Shown: positions 28,920-37,582 of the stretch, one piece after another
How positions within the stretch are numbered: the stretch's first letter is position 1
How the letters are laid out: each line of letters begins with the position of its first letter
Origin: a bacterium
GTDB lineage: Bacteria; Pseudomonadota; Alphaproteobacteria; Rickettsiales; RI-342
Direction of reading: 5' to 3'
Length of the DNA stretch: 64,000 nt
Assembly (NCBI GenBank): GCA_016124905.1
Contig: WGMV01000011.1
Coordinates: 82,673 to 146,672 of the forward strand
Translations under genes and position numbers: made by a program
The notes under the pieces: model-generated
Database searches by the model: none
Told to the model about the DNA's origin: nothing
The model's input: only the letters and a program-made list of their open reading frames with translations

Positions 28920-30088
28920 TGACCAAACCGGCAAAACCAACCGCCAGCAAGCTTCGCCTCTGCATCGCGTTATGCTATGCCATTCCGCTACTGCTGCTCG
29001 GTGTCTGGGGTGCGGGCACCATCTGGCTGGATCCCTTTAACCTCTACCATTGGCGCGCGTCCTACCAATGGCTGAAGCCCGGACTCATCCACAATGTCTC
29101 CTACCTTTTCTGGAACGCCGCTTACGATAAACCCGGCGCCGTATGGGCGCTCGGCGCCAGCAATAACATCATCTTCCGGCCGGAACATTTTCAACGGGCC
29201 TATGGTGATGTGCCCGTGCGCAATTTCTCCATGAACGGCATTACTTTCGGCGAGCTTTCCAAACTCATGGATGCCATGGAAAACGCCGGGCAGCCAAGCT
29301 ATGTCTACCTCTCGCTCGATCTCACCTTTCCCAGCCGTGAAACCACGCTCCGCAAACGCTTTACGGATTTTCTCTACAACCATTCCCTGTGGGATGATTA
29401 CCGTTACTGGTATTCCACCGAGGCACTCACCGGCAGCTATTACCTCCTCACCAGCGGCAAATTATGGGTGCGCAGCAGCGCCTACCCGGAAAAACAATAC
29501 CGCTATCGCGAATCCGGCTACCGCCGCTTCAATTCGCCGGAAAACATCGCCGGCATCGCCGCCTTCATCCAACAACACCCACACCTCACCTTCACCCCGC
29601 CCAAGGTGGATTGCACGGATTATAAAACCGAGCTCGACCGCGTAGAACAATTCGTCAGAACCATGCAGGCACGTGGCACAAAAGTGGACATGCTCTTTCC
29701 GCCCTACGCCTATGCCGTTCAGTCCCTCCGGCGCGACAAGGCACAGGCAAAGTTCAAGAAGGATTTCTATGAAATCCAGATCGGCTATGAACGCTGCTTC
29801 GTCGAGCGCCTGTCGCATTACGAAAACGCCCGCCTGTTCGGCTTTGACGATGTGCAATGGATCACCACCGACCTCGCCAATTACTACGACCCCGTTCACT
29901 ATCACCCTGACAAGGTGGTGAATTACCTGTTCGATGCCATTCACGACAACACCCATCGCCTGACGCCCGGCATGATGCCCGCTTACGAGCAGCGCTTCCT
30001 CAAAGGCTTGAATGCCTATTATGATGGCATCTACAAAGCTCCGCCGGTCAAAGGCCCCAAAGCCGTGGGCTGGGATCTTGTCTATTAA
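28919..30088 (+). CDS. membrane-anchored extracytoplasmic protein, candidate DltD/AlgX/SGNH-like acyl-transfer partner of the MBOAT
   Basis: 389 aa from the ATG overlapping the MBOAT stop (TGATG, 28917-28921). Has an N-terminal TM helix (LCIALCYAIPLLLLGVWGAG). Contains GASNN and C-terminal DPVHYH motifs reminiscent of SGNH Ser and Asp-x-x-His catalytic blocks. The call rests largely on position and topology. Confidence 0.5.
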   Translation: MTKPAKPTASKLRLCIALCYAIPLLLLGVWGAGTIWLDPFNLYHWRASYQWLKPGLIHNVSYLFWNAAYDKPGAVWALGASNNIIFRPEHFQRAYGDVPVRNFSMNGITFGELSKLMDAMENAGQPSYVYLSLDLTFPSRETTLRKRFTDFLYNHSLWDDYRYWYSTEALTGSYYLLTSGKLWVRSSAYPEKQYRYRESGYRRFNSPENIAGIAAFIQQHPHLTFTPPKVDCTDYKTELDRVEQFVRTMQARGTKVDMLFPPYAYAVQSLRRDKAQAKFKKDFYEIQIGYERCFVERLSHYENARLFGFDDVQWITTDLANYYDPVHYHPDKVVNYLFDAIHDNTHRLTPGMMPAYEQRFLKGLNAYYDGIYKAPPVKGPKAVGWDLVY

Positions 30089-30152
30089 ATTCGCATAGAA
30101 AATTAATCCGCTTTTCCTGAAGCTTGATGCAGGATTTATTCAGGAGATAACC

Positions 30153-30638
30153 ATGCTAAGCCAACAGGAAAAAGAAAAACTCTGGTCCCTCATCAAGCCC
30201 ATCAAAACGGGTATGCTCACCACCTGGAACGGCACCTTCGTCCATTCCCGCCCCATGCAGCACGTCAACAAGCAGTTCGATAACGGCTCGCTTTATTATT
30301 TTACCTCCGCCACCCATGGTAAAGCGCAGGAAATCGCCAAATACAACCAGGTTTCCATCAGCTATGCCGATGTGGCGAACGAATCCTATATCTCCCTTTC
30401 CGGCACGGCGGAAATCATCCGCGATAAAGCCCTGATGGATGAATTCTGGAACATGTTCGTGGAAGCCTGGTTTCCCGAAGGCAAGAGCGATCCCGACCTC
30501 GCCCTGCTGAAATTCGACGCCCACCTGGCGGAATACTGGGACGCCCCCTCCAGCACCATGGTGCAATTGTTTCATTTGGCAAAAGCCAAAATCACCGATA
30601 CACCTCCCCAAATGGGCGAACACCGCAAGGCGGGGTGA
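30153..30638 (+). CDS. pyridoxamine 5'-phosphate oxidase-like FMN-binding protein (general stress protein 26 family)
   Basis: 161 aa. Shows EKLWSLIKPIKTGMLTT...HSRPM and LLKFDAHLAEYWD patterns. AGGAGA RBS. Confidence 0.75.
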   Translation: MLSQQEKEKLWSLIKPIKTGMLTTWNGTFVHSRPMQHVNKQFDNGSLYYFTSATHGKAQEIAKYNQVSISYADVANESYISLSGTAEIIRDKALMDEFWNMFVEAWFPEGKSDPDLALLKFDAHLAEYWDAPSSTMVQLFHLAKAKITDTPPQMGEHRKAG

Positions 30639-30641
30639 TAT

Positions 30642-31166
30642 ATGGCTAAAAATCATGGCTGGTTTCAGCGTTTCGCCAAACGAACCGCCAGCTGGACAGG
30701 CAGCCCTTATGCCTTCGCCCTTGCCTTTGGCACCATCGTGACATGGGTAGTTTCCGGCCCGGTATTCGGCTTTTCCGACACCTGGCAGCTGGTCATCAAC
30801 ACCGGCACCACCATCATCACCTTTCTGATGGTGTTCCTCATTCAAAACACCCAGAACCGCGATAGCGTCGCCATCCAACTGAAGCTGGATGAACTGATCC
30901 GCGCCACGAGAGGTGCGCACACAGTCCTGCTGGACCTGGAGGAGTTAAACGAAAAGGAACTGGAAGCGCTGCATGAACGCTATGAGGATATCGCCGAACA
31001 TGCCAGAAACCGCCTGAAGCACGGCCGAAGCGACACCAACATTCCCAACGTTATCCTGGATAAGAACCCCCTCAGGAAAAAAGCGGCCGGCCCGGCTAAA
31101 AAACCAGCCGGCGCTAAACGCTCTGCCCAGAGGCGCGCCCGGAAGCCCAGGCCCATTGGAAGTTAA
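30642..31166 (+). CDS. low-affinity iron permease (Fet4-like) family protein
   Basis: 174 aa. Shows FQRFAKRTASWTGSPYAFALAFGTIVTWVVSGPVFGFSDTWQLVINTGTTIITFLMVFLIQNTQNRD. Confidence 0.75.
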   Translation: MAKNHGWFQRFAKRTASWTGSPYAFALAFGTIVTWVVSGPVFGFSDTWQLVINTGTTIITFLMVFLIQNTQNRDSVAIQLKLDELIRATRGAHTVLLDLEELNEKELEALHERYEDIAEHARNRLKHGRSDTNIPNVILDKNPLRKKAAGPAKKPAGAKRSAQRRARKPRPIGS

Positions 31167-32307
31167 ACCCGCCCAGATGGCCGGTCACATCCACCACTTC
31201 GCCGATGAAATAAAGCCCCGGCACCTGTTTGCTTTCCATAGTCTGCGAGGAAAGCCCGCTTGTATCCACCCCACCCAGCGTGACCTCCGCTGTGCGATAC
31301 CCCTCGGTTCCATTAGGGTATAGCTCCCAGCGTTGAACCCTGTCGGCCAGTTTCTGCAATGCCGCATGCGAAAGATCGGCAAGCCTGGCCCCCTCCATTC
31401 CCTCATCCGCCACCTTGCGCTGCGCCAGCCGCTTCGGCAGATGCTGGGCAAGCACGGTGGCGGGTTCCTGCTTCGGGTTGCCCTGTTTGGCCGCTTTCAG
31501 CAAGGCGCTCAGGTCCTCATCCGGCAACAGGTCAAGGCTTATGGCCTCCCCCTCTTTCCAGTAGGAAGAAATTTGGAGAATGGCCGGCCCGCTCATGCCG
31601 CGGTGGGTAAACAGCACCGCCTCCCGGAATTCGGTTTTCCCCATGCGGGCCGTGGCCACCGGCACCGCCACGCCAGCCAGCCCCTGCACATAATCCAGCA
31701 TGGCGCCTTCAAAGGTCACCGGCACTAGCGCCGCGCGCGTTTCCGTCACCTTGAGGCCGAACTGTCTGGCAACCTCAAACCCAAAACCCGTTGCCCCCAT
31801 TTTGGGAATGGATTTGCCCCCCGTGGCCACCACCAGCGCCCTGCCGGTAAACTGCCCCTGGTTGGTTTCAAGCTCAAAACCGCTCTCGGTTTTGCGGATG
31901 GAGGCCACAGCGGCATGGCGCCGTATTTCCACCTTGCCCGCCGCGCATTCCGCCAGCAGCATGTCGATGATCTGCTGTGAGGAACCATCGCAGAACAACT
32001 GCCCCAACGTCTTTTCATGGTAGGCAATGCCGTGCTTTTCCACCATCCGACAAAAATCCTGCGGTGTATAGCGCTTAAGCGCGGAAACGCAGAAATGCGG
32101 GTTTTCCGACAGGAAATGCTGCGGCGTGGCATGGATATTGGTGAAATTGCACCGCCCCCCGCCGGAGATCCGTATCTTCTCCCCCACCTTGGCCGCATGG
32201 TCCAAAAGCAGCACGCGTTTGCCGCGCTGCCCTGCCGTCAGGGCGCACATCATCCCCGCCGCCCCGGCACCCAGAATCAACACATCATGGTCAAACGCTG
32301 CTGTCAT
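31114..32307 (-). CDS. HI0933/BaiN-like FAD-dependent oxidoreductase (start taken at MTAAFDHDV)
   Basis: Dinucleotide fold DVLILGAGAAGMMCAL..LLLDH..GEKIRISGGGRCNFTN. C-terminal GLYFIGEVVDVTGHLGGFNFQWAWASG. Confidence 0.85.
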   Translation of the reverse strand: MTAAFDHDVLILGAGAAGMMCALTAGQRGKRVLLLDHAAKVGEKIRISGGGRCNFTNIHATPQHFLSENPHFCVSALKRYTPQDFCRMVEKHGIAYHEKTLGQLFCDGSSQQIIDMLLAECAAGKVEIRRHAAVASIRKTESGFELETNQGQFTGRALVVATGGKSIPKMGATGFGFEVARQFGLKVTETRAALVPVTFEGAMLDYVQGLAGVAVPVATARMGKTEFREAVLFTHRGMSGPAILQISSYWKEGEAISLDLLPDEDLSALLKAAKQGNPKQEPATVLAQHLPKRLAQRKVADEGMEGARLADLSHAALQKLADRVQRWELYPNGTEGYRTAEVTLGGVDTSGLSSQTMESKQVPGLYFIGEVVDVTGHLGGFNFQWAWASGRASGQSV

Positions 32308-32375
32308 GCCCCGTGGGTAGCAGAGCTCTTGCGCCGCCGCCATCGCTATCTTCCGCTTGCCGGTGGCATTTATTA

Positions 32376-34127
32376 ATGCTTTTCTGGCAGGCTGAGACAT
32401 TCACCTGCTGCCGGATTTGCCCCATGTTAAGCAACGACATCGCCGCCCTTCGCGTCGGTAATAGCCAATGGCTGGTCGGCATGCCCGGTGTGACGACGTC
32501 CGGCGGTCAGCTGAACATCACCTACAGCTTTGACGCCACCACCCCCAACAACGCCAATTATGCCACCGCCATCGCCGCGCAGGGCCGCACCGTGATGACG
32601 GTTCAGCAGGAAGCTGCCGCCCGCGCCATCCTGGTTGAGCTGGAATCCATCATCAACGTTCATTTTGTGGAAACCGGCACCAACAGCGCCGCCATCAAAT
32701 TCTGGACGGGCGATCTTCCCACCTATGGCTCTCAATGGGGCACCATCGGCATTGCTTACTTCCCAAGCAACAGCGGGTCGGATGTCACGCTGGATAATGT
32801 GGCCGAACGCGCCACAGCCTATGCCGCGGGCAGCTTCAACTATGCCGCCCTCATTCATGAAATGGGGCATGCCATGGGGCTGAGCCATCCCGGCGGTTAC
32901 GGGCCGAATGCCGCCTATAACAGCGATGGCACGGTCATGTCCTACAATGACGGCCATTATTCCACCGATGGCTATGTCAGCGGTTCCTACATCAACAGCG
33001 CTCCCCAGGGATATCAGATATTCGATATCGCCGCTCTTCAGTCCGTTTACGGAGCCAACCGTGCTTACAACGCAACCGATACCACCTACGAGTTCGACGG
33101 CTCGATGTACAAAAAAACCGTCTGGGATGGCGGCGGCATCGACACCTATTCCGTAGCCCCCGCCTTTGCCGGGGCCGTAACGATCGACCTTCGCGCAGGA
33201 CTTGAGAACCGCACTCATCTGGGGCAGACGGATGTCTGGACCGCCTTCAACGCCAACATTGAAAATGCCATCACCCGTGGCGGGGCGGATTCGGTTTTCG
33301 GCAACGACCTTCACAACACCATCAACACCAATGCGGGCAACGATACGGTCTATGCCTATAACGGTAACGATTCCATCTATGCCGGGCTGGGCGACGACTG
33401 GGTGGACGGCGGCAATAACAACGATTTTATCTTTGGCGATGACAATAGCGGCCTTAATGGCGACGACCGGCTGATCGGCAATGCCGGCAACGACACGATC
33501 TACGCCTATGGCGGTAACGACACCGTGAGTGGCAACAACGATAACGACCGCCTCTATGGCATGAATGGCAACGACACCCTCAGCGGCGACGACGGCAATG
33601 ACTGGTTGGAAGGCAATGCCGATAACGACTCCATCAGCGGTGGCTCAGGCGCCGATTCGCTGGTGGGCGGCACAGGCGACGACACCATCAAAGGCGACGA
33701 CGGCAACGATTTTCTCTATGGTGAAGCCGCAACCGACCTGACCGGCGGTAACGACATCATGGTAGGCGGCACCGGTAACGACCGCATGTGGGGCTATGCC
33801 GGAAATGACAGCCTCAACGGCGCGCTGGGCAGCGACGTGCTCTATGGCGGCGCCGACAACGATATGTTTGTGTATAACAGCAAGGCCTTCTCAAATCCGG
33901 TCAATGGCATCGACTGGCTGATGGATTTCAACCCCGCCGATGACCGCATCAACACGGTCGGCCTCGGCTATACGGGCATCGGCACGGCGGCGGCTTTCGG
34001 CACCATGCTGAACTACACCTACCTCGCCGCATCCGGCGTGACGCAGGTAAGCGACTATGGCAGGCATTTCGTGCTCTACCTTGCAGGGCATCTCACGCTG
34101 GATAATACCGATTTCATTTTTTCCTGA
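32376..34127 (+). CDS. serralysin-family (M10B) zinc metalloprotease with C-terminal RTX repeats (alternative start 32424)
   Basis: HEMGHAMGLSH zinc motif, Met-turn GTVMSYN, then GGxGxD nonapeptides. The C-terminus is ...LDNTDFIFS. It is a paralog of 42703..45264. Confidence 0.85.
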   Translation: MLFWQAETFTCCRICPMLSNDIAALRVGNSQWLVGMPGVTTSGGQLNITYSFDATTPNNANYATAIAAQGRTVMTVQQEAAARAILVELESIINVHFVETGTNSAAIKFWTGDLPTYGSQWGTIGIAYFPSNSGSDVTLDNVAERATAYAAGSFNYAALIHEMGHAMGLSHPGGYGPNAAYNSDGTVMSYNDGHYSTDGYVSGSYINSAPQGYQIFDIAALQSVYGANRAYNATDTTYEFDGSMYKKTVWDGGGIDTYSVAPAFAGAVTIDLRAGLENRTHLGQTDVWTAFNANIENAITRGGADSVFGNDLHNTINTNAGNDTVYAYNGNDSIYAGLGDDWVDGGNNNDFIFGDDNSGLNGDDRLIGNAGNDTIYAYGGNDTVSGNNDNDRLYGMNGNDTLSGDDGNDWLEGNADNDSISGGSGADSLVGGTGDDTIKGDDGNDFLYGEAATDLTGGNDIMVGGTGNDRMWGYAGNDSLNGALGSDVLYGGADNDMFVYNSKAFSNPVNGIDWLMDFNPADDRINTVGLGYTGIGTAAAFGTMLNYTYLAASGVTQVSDYGRHFVLYLAGHLTLDNTDFIFS

Positions 34128-34132
34128 GCCAT

Positions 34133-34162
34133 AAAAAAAGCCCGGCCGCAACCGGCCGGGCT
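34133..34162. terminator. bidirectional hairpin terminator between the convergent serralysin and hemerythrin genes
   Basis: The sequence is aaaaaaag-cccggccg-caa-ccggccggg-cttt. The A-run on the plus strand gives a U-run for the minus-strand (hemerythrin) transcript. Confidence 0.65.
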
Positions 34163-34179
34163 TTCAGGGACAAACGGCA

Positions 34180-34638
34180 TTACGCCGCCATTTTCTGCTT
34201 CATCATCTGCTTTTTCATGGCGTCCATCTCTTTGGCAAGCTGGGTGGCCTGCTCATCGGAGAGGTATTTTTTGGCCTTTTCAAACACGTCATTCTCTTCT
34301 TCATCCACATGGTGCGTCACGGAATGTTTGAATTCGCCAAACATTTCAATCCAGGATTCACTTTCCATCGGCTCATTGCTGAGCTTTTCCAGATATTCCC
34401 GAATTTCGTCATGCTCTTCGTCCGCATGTTCCATCTGCTCCTGGACGGATTGCGCACGGGTGGCTTTTTCAATGGCGTTATAAAACGTAGCCTCTTCCGA
34501 ATCGGCATGCAGGGTCAATTCCTGCTTGATCTGGGTAAAGATCAGGCGGCGGGTTTTGACATCCTTGGTGGCCAGCAGCTCTTCCATGAGCTTGGCAACG
34601 GCGCGGTGGTCTTTCTTGAGATAGCTGTAAATATCCAT
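34180..34638 (-). CDS. hemerythrin domain-containing protein
   Basis: 152 aa. Has His/Glu ligand patterns spaced as in HHE cation-binding domains (KKDHRAV, LHADSEE, HADEEHDE, VTHHVDEEE). Confidence 0.85.
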   Translation of the reverse strand: MDIYSYLKKDHRAVAKLMEELLATKDVKTRRLIFTQIKQELTLHADSEEATFYNAIEKATRAQSVQEQMEHADEEHDEIREYLEKLSNEPMESESWIEMFGEFKHSVTHHVDEEENDVFEKAKKYLSDEQATQLAKEMDAMKKQMMKQKMAA

Positions 34639-34740
34639 GTTTCTCTCCTATGGGTATGGAGGCTCACTGTCCCACATCCGGCATCAGCAAAAAATGGCCA
34701 AGCCTGGTGCTACAGGTAAAAAATCACTAAAACACAGCAT

Positions 34741-34759
34741 GTTGCGAATTATTCGCAAC
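34741..34759. promoter_or_regulatory. perfect 19-bp palindrome GTTGCGAAT-T-ATTCGCAAC upstream of the hemerythrin gene
   Basis: 9-bp arms read directly from the sequence. It lies about 100-120 nt upstream of the hemerythrin ATG and 32 nt downstream of the bcr stop. Confidence 0.35.
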
Positions 34760-34790
34760 TGAGCTTTCTTCCAGAAAAATCAAATGGCTG

Positions 34791-35996
34791 CTATTCGCTG
34801 ACCGGGCTGGCCATGGCGCGCCTGCGGCCAAGCCGCACGGTAATAAGGCCAAGCAACGACGTTACACCTAGAATGGCGATGATGGGAAAACTATCGCGTG
34901 AATCGGACAGGCTGATGCCGGTGGAAATCACTGCGCCGGTTCCAAGCTGCAAAAAGCCGAGCAGGGCCGATGCGCTGCCCGCGTTTTTGGAAAAAGGCGC
35001 AAGGGCGATCGCCGCTGCGTTCGGGTAGGTCAGCCCCGTGCAGGACAGGAAGATAAAAAACAGCACCAGCGTGCCCGCCAGCCCGTACCAGCCGGCCGCC
35101 ATTCCAAGCATGAACACGCAGCCCGTTGCCGCCTGTAAGAACAGGATACGGTTGAAGATCGTCTCGCTATCATATTTTTTCAGCAGGTGAGCATTCAATT
35201 GGCTGCCGCCGATAAACCCCATTGCCAGCAGGCCGAATACCATGCTGTAAGCCTGCGCGCTCAAATGAAAATTCTCCATGAAAATAATGGGCGACCCGGC
35301 CACATAAGTGAACAGCCCCGCAAAGGAAAACGCGCCGGACAGGGCATAGGTCGCAAAACGCGGATGTTGCAGAATGGCCAGATACTCGCGCAGAATCGGC
35401 ATCGGCTTGAGGGAGATGTCCGCATCCGGCTGGTGCGTCTCCGGCAGCTGGAACCAGATCAGCGCCACGATCGCCGTCACGATCAGCGCCATCGCAACAA
35501 ACACGGCCTTCCAGCCAAAAGCCAGAATGATGGCCCCACCCACCGTCGGCGCCAGCAGAGGCGAAACGGAAATGAACAGGAACAGGCGCGAAAGGATGCG
35601 CGCGCCTTCATTAACGGGGAATACATCGCGAACCATCGCCAGCGATGCCACCCCCGCCACGCAGCCGCCAATCGCCTGCAGAAAGCGCAGCACGATCAGC
35701 ACCTGGATATTCGGCGCGAACGCGCACAAAATTGATGCCAGCACAAAAAGCCCGAGCCCGCAGATCAGGGGCTTTTTCCGTCCGAACCGGTCCAGCAGCG
35801 GGCCATAGAACACCTGGCCGATCGCCATGCCGATGAAATAGCTCGACAGCGTCAGCGCAATGACCGCGCTCGGCACGTCGAAGTCTTTGGCAATCACCCC
35901 ATAAGCCGGCAGATACATATCAATCGCAAAGGGGCTGATGACGCTCATGGCGCCCAGCAGGAAGATGATGAAAAGATTGGACGGACGTTGTGCCAC
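34791..35996 (-). CDS. Bcr/CflA-family MFS drug-resistance transporter (GTG start at 35996)
   Basis: About 401 aa from a GTG preceded by AGGAATCGCC. Shows LLGAMSVISPFAIDMYLPA, GQVFYGPLLDRFGRKKPL and 12 hydrophobic segments. The 100-codon upstream extension in the ORF track is Arg/Trp-rich and not protein-like. Confidence 0.85.
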   Translation of the reverse strand: MAQRPSNLFIIFLLGAMSVISPFAIDMYLPAYGVIAKDFDVPSAVIALTLSSYFIGMAIGQVFYGPLLDRFGRKKPLICGLGLFVLASILCAFAPNIQVLIVLRFLQAIGGCVAGVASLAMVRDVFPVNEGARILSRLFLFISVSPLLAPTVGGAIILAFGWKAVFVAMALIVTAIVALIWFQLPETHQPDADISLKPMPILREYLAILQHPRFATYALSGAFSFAGLFTYVAGSPIIFMENFHLSAQAYSMVFGLLAMGFIGGSQLNAHLLKKYDSETIFNRILFLQAATGCVFMLGMAAGWYGLAGTLVLFFIFLSCTGLTYPNAAAIALAPFSKNAGSASALLGFLQLGTGAVISTGISLSDSRDSFPIIAILGVTSLLGLITVRLGRRRAMASPVSE

Positions 35997-36181
35997 GGCG
36001 ATTCCTGCAAGCAAAAGGGCAAGCCTTATAGCGCAACACGCCCCGCCAGCATAGCCCCTTATTTGCCAAGCGCGTTGCGTTTCTAATCCTTGCAAGCCTT
36101 TGCGCTTCATGCCAGATTGCCATGGCAGGGTCAGGTGACCGCACTCCCCCGGCATATGTTTTCCATAAAACACGAGCCACC

Positions 36182-37582
36182 ATGCCCAAACGCCTGCTGC
36201 CCGCCACCCTGATCTTCCTGTTGCAGCCCATGCCCCTGTGGGCGGAGGAAACCGCCGCCACCGGCGACGATAAAAAAAATTACTATGTCGAAAGCCCAAG
36301 CTACAGCACGCAACGGGAAAGCGACCCGCCGCGCTATGTCCGCACCCTGAGCGACACCGGCATGGATGCTTTCAAGAATCTTGACTGGCTGGATGCCGGA
36401 CTGGTGCACCGCATGCGCTACGAACACCGCGACAATGACTACCGCCGCCCCGCGGAAAGCGTCGACGATCCCTTCCTGTTCCGTACACGCGCCTATCTGG
36501 GCGTCAAAAACATCGCCGATCCGCTTCGCCTCACCGTGGAATTCACCGATTCCGAACGCACGCATAGCCAATTTGCCCGCGACGACCGCGACGTGAACCA
36601 GGCGGAATTCATCCAGGCCTATGGTGAACTCTATTTCAAGGACGCCCTCGGCGATGACCGCCCGCTCAGCATCCGCGCCGGTCGCATGGCATTTGAGACG
36701 CTGGACCGCCGCCTCATCGCCCGCAACGAATGGCGCAACACCACCAACAGCTTTCAGGGCGTGCGCGCCCTACTCGGGCAGGACAGCAACGACTGGGAGC
36801 TTGAGCTCTTCGCCCTGCAACCCATGCGCCGCCTGCTTTACTCCGTCGACCGTCGCAACGAGGATGTCTGGTTCACCGGCGCCATCGGCCATTGGCGGCA
36901 ATATTCCGATACCATCACCCTGGAGCCTTTCTATTTTCGTCTGGACCAGGGCGATGACAACGGGCTGCCAGAACGCACCATCCATTCACCGGGCCTGCGC
37001 GCTTACGGCTATTTCGGCAAAAGCGGCTTTGATTACGATGCAAGCCTGATCTATCAGTTCGGCGAGAGCGACGGCGATGACGTTGAGGCACTGGGCGCCG
37101 TTGCGGAAATCGGATACCGGTTCGACATGCCGTGGAAGCCTCGCCTCAGCATGAAATACGGCTACGGCAGCGGCGATGAAGACCCCACCGACGATGAGAG
37201 CAACCGCTTTGAGCGCTTCTACGGCTTTGGCCGCCCCTGGTCGGCCAACGATTATTTCCAGTGGGAAAATATCAGCACCCCAAAAGCACGCCTGGAACTG
37301 CAACCCGCCAGGGACACGAAATTCGATGCCGGTTACAGCCTCTACTGGCTGGCCAGCGATACCGACCGCTGGAACAATGCCAACCTGCGTGATTCCAGCG
37401 GTCAAAGCGGCGATTTCATCGGCCAGGAATTCGACATGCGCCTGCGGCAGAAGCTGATGCCCCATGTCGAGGCCACCACCGGCTATGCCTATTTCGAGCC
37501 CGGTGAATTTACCGAAAACACCAGCCGCAACGAGCCGTCGCACTTCTTCTATCTGGAGCTCACCTTCAGTTTGTTTGACTAG
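36182..37582 (+). CDS. alginate-export (AlgE-like) family outer-membrane beta-barrel protein
   Basis: 466 aa from MPKRLLPATLIFLLQPMPLWAEE (signal peptide). Shows alternating beta-strand patterns, RMRYEHRDNDYRR, and many Y/W/D/G-rich strands. Confidence 0.7.
   Translation: MPKRLLPATLIFLLQPMPLWAEETAATGDDKKNYYVESPSYSTQRESDPPRYVRTLSDTGMDAFKNLDWLDAGLVHRMRYEHRDNDYRRPAESVDDPFLFRTRAYLGVKNIADPLRLTVEFTDSERTHSQFARDDRDVNQAEFIQAYGELYFKDALGDDRPLSIRAGRMAFETLDRRLIARNEWRNTTNSFQGVRALLGQDSNDWELELFALQPMRRLLYSVDRRNEDVWFTGAIGHWRQYSDTITLEPFYFRLDQGDDNGLPERTIHSPGLRAYGYFGKSGFDYDASLIYQFGESDGDDVEALGAVAEIGYRFDMPWKPRLSMKYGYGSGDEDPTDDESNRFERFYGFGRPWSANDYFQWENISTPKARLELQPARDTKFDAGYSLYWLASDTDRWNNANLRDSSGQSGDFIGQEFDMRLRQKLMPHVEATTGYAYFEPGEFTENTSRNEPSHFFYLELTFSLFD

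Noticed and set aside
34791-36299. Long N-terminal extensions offered by the ORF track. These affect bcr to 36299, the SLC13 gene to 47225, Grx-MauE to 51880, ogt to 56365, ada to 56404, the flavoprotein to 32400, the porin from 36122 and the DltD-like gene from 28706.
   Set aside because: The extensions are Arg/Pro/Trp/Gly-rich and not protein-like, they overlap neighbouring genes or promoters, and they lack RBSs. Internal starts give family-typical N-termini and usually have good Shine-Dalgarno sequences.
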